Assembly (NCBI GenBank): GCA_964467765.1 | Contig: CAYXSS010000002.1 | Coordinates: 1,310 to 65,309, forward strand | DNA length: 64,000 nt | Origin: an uncultured Candidatus Saccharibacteria bacterium | GTDB taxonomy: Bacteria > Patescibacteriota > Minisyncoccia > UBA6257 > 2-01-FULL-56-20 | Reading direction: 5' to 3' | In this document: positions 58,749 to 64,000 of the stretch, in pieces | Position numbering within the stretch: position 1 is the stretch's first letter | How the letters are laid out: each line of letters starts with the position of its first letter | Notes under the pieces: model-generated | What the model was told of the DNA's origin: nothing | Seen by the model: the letters and a program-made list of their open reading frames with translations, nothing else | Databases searched by the model: none | Made by a program: the position numbers and the translations under genes

Positions 58749-61004
58749 ATGAAACTGAAGTTTTTCTGCATCGGTATTTTGTCTGCTTGTTTGGCATTGC
58801 CACAGGAAATGCCCGAGAGGGGAAACACTCCTCCTGATGCGGTTGGCGACCAAAAAATTGCGCCGGACAATACGCGAGCCGACACAAAATCAACGGAATC
58901 CCTGCTTAAAGATCTCCAGAAAAAACTGGAAAAACTGGAAAAGAAATATACAAAGAAGAAAACGGAGCTGGAGAATAGAATCAGCCAGGAAAAAGATGCG
59001 AAGAAAGTGGAAAAATTGAAGAAAGAACTGGCCGAGCTGGAAACGAATTTTCAAAAGGAAAAAAACGATCTGAACGAAAAGATCGGCCGGCTCAAGATTG
59101 TTCCGGTAGAAAAACGAACCGTGGATACGAAAAGCCACTTGCTCGTCCCCGGCACCTGCGGCGACATTATGTCTTGGCCGCCTCTAGACGAGAGGCGTCA
59201 GATGGTCGAGGCGCTCGGTCCCCCGAGCCGCTGCGAAGAGCACACCAGCCGAGACATAGTTGTTTGGATTGGGAACGCCACTCCACTTTTAAGTAAGAGC
59301 TACTGCTTCACCCCGATTACCAAAGGAGGGCAGACCGGAGAGTTTAAATTCCGCGCGCCCGGCCTCACTTTTATGGTTTTTTGCAATATCGAAGGCACGA
59401 ACTGCAAGATGTACGTTTTTATGGAGCACATGCCAACCCTGCAGCAAATTGTTTTTGTTTCCGGCAGTGATCGCCAAAGAGACCAGCTTCTGCTTAACAT
59501 GTGTCCTCCGAATGCACAGGTGGAATACCCGGCGCAAGGCTTGTGGCACCTTCTGCCGCTAGACGCCAATTACGGCGAGGAAGGAAACTACGACGGCGTG
59601 ATCAGGGGCCTTATTGACGGCATGGGCGGAATTTCGAGATTGCATTTTGGATTACAAGGCCTGGAGGCCTACAAGGCAAGCGCGCCGATCCCCAAGCTCG
59701 AACTAAGAAATATTGTTCTCGACGACAAATTGCCGGAGCTTTTCAAGAGCGTTGAAAATCCGTGGCTTGCGATTTACGCAAACTTCGCGCCGCTTCTCGA
59801 CGAACCGACAAATGACATTTTTGTCCAGAACAAGATCGCCGACCGGCTGAATTTTTGGTTGCATGGCAAGGTGTCTGTCGCAACGGCCGAAGAGATAAAG
59901 AAGTTTGTCGAAGCGCTCGACAAGAAATCGGTCAAGACGAAGAATTATGAAATTTACCGGCATGATCTAAACGAGGCGGAGAGTTTGTTTCGCGCAGGCA
60001 AATGGAAAGAAGCCGTAAAGTCCATGGAAAATTTGAACAAGATTTTGGAGAAAGACAATAAAAAGATTATGAAACAATGCGGCAAATCTCTTCAGGCGCG
60101 CGACAGGACGGTTGATTTTATGGAGCAGTGGGAGTTCGTTCCCGCGGGCGATGTCGTCTCCGACTTCATCAAGACGCACCCAGACAAAAAGAAGCAGGAA
60201 GAAATGAAACCGCTCTTGGCCACCTACAATACAAATGCCAAGCCTGTTAGGGACTATATCGACAAGTTGCGAGTGAAATTGACGAGCAATCTGAAAGAAG
60301 GAGAGCTTCTGGAGCCGGTGGTTGTAAAACCCGGCGAGAAAGTTGTTTTCCTCGTAAGCGTAGTCGGCGGCACGATTGATTACGAGAGGCAGAAAACGCG
60401 TCTCCGTGCCGTAGTGAACGAGCGCTTTGTACCGGCTGACGAAGTCGGCGTAGTCGAAAAAGATGCGCCGGAACTGAACCAACTGTTTGCCGGCATGCTC
60501 AATGTCGACGAACTTATTGCAAGCGGCTTTGAAAGCGTTGTTGTCGAAAAGAGTCGCAGCCGGACGATAGTTTCGCAGGTGCAAGCCAAAGACAGGAAAA
60601 TCGGCTTCGCTAAATTTGCCGATCGGGCAAACATAAGCGAAGAAACTGTTTTATTGAAAGACGTCAAAGATAAATCTGGTTTGAGTTGGTTGCCGGTTGT
60701 TATGCCCAAGACGAACGTTTCGCAATCGAGCATTCCTAAAGACCCGAACAAGTTTCTCACAACGTTCAGCTTTTTGGATAGAGACTCCAAGCGCCTTACG
60801 ATTATGTCATTCGTTTTTGAAAGCAAGCGGCCGCTTACATACGTTTCTCCCGATGGCAAAGGAAATGCGGTTACGGTCAATTTCTATCTCTATCCTGGAC
60901 TCTATGAAAACGAAATGACGATAGTCGACGCCTTAAACAAAAACGTCAACGACAGAGAAGTGAAATTTCCGAAAATCCGTTTTAGGGTTTTGCCTCCTAA
61001 TTAA
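58749..61004 (+). CDS. large secreted hypothetical protein
   Basis: A signal peptide, a Lys/Glu coiled-coil segment and a Cys-containing middle region. Confidence 0.55.
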   Translation: MKLKFFCIGILSACLALPQEMPERGNTPPDAVGDQKIAPDNTRADTKSTESLLKDLQKKLEKLEKKYTKKKTELENRISQEKDAKKVEKLKKELAELETNFQKEKNDLNEKIGRLKIVPVEKRTVDTKSHLLVPGTCGDIMSWPPLDERRQMVEALGPPSRCEEHTSRDIVVWIGNATPLLSKSYCFTPITKGGQTGEFKFRAPGLTFMVFCNIEGTNCKMYVFMEHMPTLQQIVFVSGSDRQRDQLLLNMCPPNAQVEYPAQGLWHLLPLDANYGEEGNYDGVIRGLIDGMGGISRLHFGLQGLEAYKASAPIPKLELRNIVLDDKLPELFKSVENPWLAIYANFAPLLDEPTNDIFVQNKIADRLNFWLHGKVSVATAEEIKKFVEALDKKSVKTKNYEIYRHDLNEAESLFRAGKWKEAVKSMENLNKILEKDNKKIMKQCGKSLQARDRTVDFMEQWEFVPAGDVVSDFIKTHPDKKKQEEMKPLLATYNTNAKPVRDYIDKLRVKLTSNLKEGELLEPVVVKPGEKVVFLVSVVGGTIDYERQKTRLRAVVNERFVPADEVGVVEKDAPELNQLFAGMLNVDELIASGFESVVVEKSRSRTIVSQVQAKDRKIGFAKFADRANISEETVLLKDVKDKSGLSWLPVVMPKTNVSQSSIPKDPNKFLTTFSFLDRDSKRLTIMSFVFESKRPLTYVSPDGKGNAVTVNFYLYPGLYENEMTIVDALNKNVNDREVKFPKIRFRVLPPN

Positions 61005-61014
61005 AATCAAAAAC

Positions 61015-61046
61015 CGTCCCGATAATTTCGGGACGGAATTTTTATT
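61015..61046. terminator. bidirectional rho-independent terminator between convergent genes
   Basis: ccgtcccg/gggacgg stem with A-rich and T-rich runs on either side. Confidence 0.55.
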
Positions 61047-62166
61047 TCTTCTCCGTTTTCTTCAGGTGCCAGCGTTTGCGGTAAAACGAGTGGTCGGTGT
61101 AATAATCGTTAGCCTTGAATTTTCCGTTTTTTTCTTCGCCAACCTCGAGATAAATGTCGTACCAGCCCGGTTTTACTTTCGTATAGAACCCAAGGAGATA
61201 CATCTTGCCGATTCTCTCCTCGATTTCTTTGAAGGCGTCATTTGCGTCATCAACGTTTTTTACCAGGAGGCGAGCCCCCCCGCTCATTTCGGCGATTTCG
61301 CCCAATTCGTTCTGGGTGTTGAGAGGAGCCGTAAGCGAATTTGCCAGGTCCGAGAAATTATATCTTTCGGAAAAATCGACTACATAAAGGATGGTATTGG
61401 TGTCTTGCAGTGCAGAAACAGCGTCGCCGGCGGTAACCTTCTGGCATGTTTTGGACCTGCCCCACATTCGTTTCTTCTCCGGACAAACATCGCCGCTTTC
61501 GGGATCGATCAAGGGAAATCTTACCGTATCTATTCCGTCCGTGGCGACGAAAATGATTTTCGTATAATCGCCGACATCCTTCATTTTTTTGGCAGCCAGA
61601 TAAACCGAATCGAAAATGGCGCTTGTCCCTCCGGGTTTGACGTTGTCGAACTTTCCTTCGGAGGCGGGAACGTTTTCCGTCCAATCAACAAGCCAGTGAA
61701 GACGCTCGGAAAATTCCCCGATTGCGTATTTGTCCTCCGACTTTCTTGTGATAAACGTTTTTATGAGATCGAGGCTTGCCGGTACGGAAAACTTTTTGAA
61801 GTAGTTCGTCGTTGACGCCGAAGAGTCGTTGAGCCCGATGATTCGCAGCGGCGGAACGTTTTGTTTGTCGAAAACGCGCGGCGCAAGTATCTCGCAGTCC
61901 GCGAGACTCGGCCCTTTCTTTCGCTGCTTACTCCAGCGAACCTCCGATGATCCGGGACAAATTGCTACGCGGAAATTTTCTTTCATTAAGGTCGTGACCA
62001 AATGGTTATTCTTGTCCATGACCACAACCTCGAGATTTAAAAGATTGACATCCACAGTTAGTTTTTCCGTGCCGACAGGATTATCGGCTGTTTTCGTCGT
62101 TGCGAAAACTTGGAAAACCGTTAAGAAAGCAAAACAAAACAGCGTGAGAGTCAGCTTGTTTTTCAT
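61042..62166 (-). CDS. secreted hypothetical protein (possibly vWA-like)
   Basis: A signal peptide (MKNKLTLTLFCFAFLTVFQVFA). It was preferred over the antisense plus-strand ORF. Confidence 0.5.
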   Translation of the reverse strand: MKNKLTLTLFCFAFLTVFQVFATTKTADNPVGTEKLTVDVNLLNLEVVVMDKNNHLVTTLMKENFRVAICPGSSEVRWSKQRKKGPSLADCEILAPRVFDKQNVPPLRIIGLNDSSASTTNYFKKFSVPASLDLIKTFITRKSEDKYAIGEFSERLHWLVDWTENVPASEGKFDNVKPGGTSAIFDSVYLAAKKMKDVGDYTKIIFVATDGIDTVRFPLIDPESGDVCPEKKRMWGRSKTCQKVTAGDAVSALQDTNTILYVVDFSERYNFSDLANSLTAPLNTQNELGEIAEMSGGARLLVKNVDDANDAFKEIEERIGKMYLLGFYTKVKPGWYDIYLEVGEEKNGKFKANDYYTDHSFYRKRWHLKKTEKK

Positions 62167-62263
62167 GCGGCACCACTGGATTGATTAAAAAGCTACTTGT
62201 ATACTACGATAGATTGCCGAAGTTTGCAACCGCGGTGGTGGCGTACGCCGCGAGCAATATGAT

Positions 62264-62334
62264 GCAGGATTAGTATAGTGGCAGTACGGTTGCTTCCCAA
62301 GCAACAGGCGCCGGTTCGATTCCGGTATCCTGCT
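62264..62334 (+). tRNA. tRNA-Gly (anticodon CCC)
   Basis: The acceptor is GCAGGAT/ATCCTGC, the anticodon stem is GTTGC/GCAAC with loop TTCCCAA, and the T-arm is CCGGTTCGATTCCGG. No CCA is encoded. Confidence 0.75.
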
Positions 62335-62425
62335 CAACCCAGAAGTATTTTATGAAAGAATGATTGTTCTAAAATAGCACCGATCCTGTGTTTCGGCTTC
62401 AAATGGTTTGCCGAGGATTAGAGTT

Positions 62426-63196
62426 TCACACCCTTCTTCTCAGAAGGCTTAACCCGAATATCGAAGCTGCGACAACTACAACTGCCGGTCCCAATTCCAG
62501 TCCGTAATTTTTGGACAGAGCAAAGCCAATGGCAACGGATAGCACACTGAAGACGGATGACAGTGAGAGGAATTTTCCGAGCGTGTGAACGATTTGCCTT
62601 GCCGCCGCCGCGGGAATGATGATAAGCGATCCCATCAGCAGTGCTCCTAAAAATCTCAAACCTAAAATAATAGTCAGGGAAAAAATCAGAAGAAAAAAAA
62701 GGTTAAGCAATTTAAGATTTGTTTTTGTGGTTGCCGCGAGATCGGAAGAAAAAGTTCCTATGATTAACCTGTTTTTGAGAAGCCAGACGGCAAGAAAAAC
62801 GATTGCCGCAAAAGAAAGCCCAAGTACAAACTCCAAAAGAGACAGTCCTCCGAGCCCGCCGAAGAGGGCTTCTTCGAGATTTTCCTTTGGGGTAATAAGC
62901 GCTCCCAAGGCCAGAGAGGCGGCGAAGATAACTCCGATGGCCACCTCGGTAGTAAGAGCCGTTTTTTCCTCAACTCTCCAAATAATTATTGTGCCCAGCA
63001 AGAGAGTGGCTGCGCCGCCCAGTACCGGATTTATTCCGTAAAGAATTGCCAGTCCTATTCCCGGCAAAGCGATATGAGAAATTACGTCTCCAGCCAGAGA
63101 CAGCCGCTTCATCAAAGCAAAGCTACCGATAAGGCCGGCGGCGCCGGCGGAGACGAGCGCCAGAATTATTGAATAAACCTCGCTATTGCCGGCCAT
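62426..63196 (-). CDS. metal ABC transporter permease (ABC-3/ZnuB-MntB family)
   Basis: A polytopic permease profile. The start was trimmed to an internal Met because it overlaps the ATPase gene. Confidence 0.75.
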   Translation of the reverse strand: MAGNSEVYSIILALVSAGAAGLIGSFALMKRLSLAGDVISHIALPGIGLAILYGINPVLGGAATLLLGTIIIWRVEEKTALTTEVAIGVIFAASLALGALITPKENLEEALFGGLGGLSLLEFVLGLSFAAIVFLAVWLLKNRLIIGTFSSDLAATTKTNLKLLNLFFLLIFSLTIILGLRFLGALLMGSLIIIPAAAARQIVHTLGKFLSLSSVFSVLSVAIGFALSKNYGLELGPAVVVVAASIFGLSLLRRRV

Positions 63197-63887
63197 TAAA
63201 GTGATGAAAAAATTTATGCGGTCCGAAAAGATCACTTAGAGATTCCGGCCGTAGCGCTTCTTCCGGCGCGCCGAAGCAGACAGCCGATTTGTTGAGACAC
63301 AAAACTTTACTTGCGTAGCGATAGACGAAATGCAGATCGTGTGAAACAACTATCGTCGTCATTTTTCTCGAGTCCTGCAAGCGGTGGATAAGATCGAAGA
63401 TTTGTTCTTCACCGTGGATGTCGATGCTTGCCGTCGGCTCATCCAAAAGAAGGACATTCGGTTTTCCGAGGATAGCAAAAGCAATCAGGGATTTTTGGAA
63501 TTGTCCGCCGGAAAGATGGCCAACGGAAGTTTCGAGAATTGTTTTTGTAAGACCAGCGTCCTCTGCCGCCGAGACTACTTCTCGCTTGTCCAGTTTCAAG
63601 ATTGCCGCTTTCGCTTCGAGCAGGTTACGAAAATTAATTGGCAGGTGCCTGTCCGCATCTATTTTTTGCGGAACATAGCCGACCCGCACCCCGGAGTTCC
63701 ACGTTATTTTTCCTTCGTAAGGAATTAAACCAAGCAGGGCTTTAAGCAGGACGGTTTTTCCGGAACCGTTTGGTCCGATTAAAGCCAGGCTTTCTCCGGC
63801 CTCAATGGAAAAATTTAAATTTTTTACGGCAAAAAAATCGCCGAAGCGCACAGTTAGATTATCGGTGGCAAGAATTGGTTGCGGCAT
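63183..63887 (-). CDS. metal ABC transporter ATP-binding protein (ZnuC-like)
   Basis: Walker A (GPNGSGKT), the ABC signature (LSGGQ) and Walker B (LLLDEPT). Confidence 0.85.
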   Translation of the reverse strand: MPQPILATDNLTVRFGDFFAVKNLNFSIEAGESLALIGPNGSGKTVLLKALLGLIPYEGKITWNSGVRVGYVPQKIDADRHLPINFRNLLEAKAAILKLDKREVVSAAEDAGLTKTILETSVGHLSGGQFQKSLIAFAILGKPNVLLLDEPTASIDIHGEEQIFDLIHRLQDSRKMTTIVVSHDLHFVYRYASKVLCLNKSAVCFGAPEEALRPESLSDLFGPHKFFHHFNGRQ

Positions 63888-64000
63888 AATGATAATTTAA
63901 ATTATACCGCACAATGGCGTTCACAGCCTTTCTGTGTTGCCACCGGATTTTTGTCCACATGTTCCATCCTTCTGGTTTTGCTATGATTTTTATGAACAGT

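Noticed and set aside
61066-61815. A 249-aa plus-strand ORF.
   Set aside because: It is antisense to the minus-strand gene 61042..62166, which has a clear signal peptide and a stop placed next to the shared terminator.
1-64000. Mobile-element genes (transposase, integrase, recombinase) and rRNA genes.
   Set aside because: None of the ORFs has DDE, tyrosine-recombinase or serine-recombinase motifs. No rRNA-like conserved blocks were seen. Repeat-based signs of past integration are reported as findings instead.

Overview
This 64 kb window looks like a gene-dense chromosomal segment from a small-genome bacterium with about 45-50% GC, GGAGG-type Shine-Dalgarno sites and sigma70-like TTGACA/TATAAT promoters. 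Many short, signal-peptide or membrane-anchored hypothetical proteins, an N-terminally truncated ThrRS and a fused rpoB-rpoC gene suggest a CPR/Patescibacteria-like organism. That identification is inference only. Most of the content is housekeeping. It includes a SEDS FtsW/RodA with MltG, the fused rpoBC gene, rpsF-ssb and rplK. It also includes tmk, gatB, miaA, tatD, leuS, thrS, serS, alr, lepA, guaB, lon, pcm, htrA and a metal ABC transporter. There are two tRNAs, Ser-CGA on the minus strand and Gly-CCC on the plus strand. I found no rRNA, CRISPR array, transposase or integrase. Eight things are worth a second look. (1) A roughly 185-aa alpha/beta-hydrolase domain of the YdeN/RBBP9 type, with a GHSLGS nucleophile elbow, is inserted in frame into LeuS between the WIGKSEG and TTRPDT motifs. 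(2) rpoB and rpoC form one continuous 2253-aa ORF. (3) A GC-rich gene is present twice. The two copies share a 100% identical core of about 525 bp but have diverged 5' and 3' ends, and they bracket TPR-serS-arsR. (4) arsR is flanked by two copies of a 26-bp repeat that contains a perfect ATTCGCGCGAAT palindrome. (5) A nucleotide-salvage-like cluster holds two paralogous DNPH1/nucleoside-2-deoxyribosyltransferase-like genes, a NUDIX gene, two kinase-like genes and tmk. (6) A prkA-yeaH-spoVR triad is present. (7) There are several GC-rich pockets: a small strongly signalled ORF at the left edge, a small gene next to tRNA-Ser that is accompanied by a partial copy of the tRNA 3' end, and an in-frame repeat insertion in alr. 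(8) A block of uncharacterised genes encodes a 984-aa protein, a DnaQ-like exonuclease and a third SLOG/NDT-like protein, upstream of lon.
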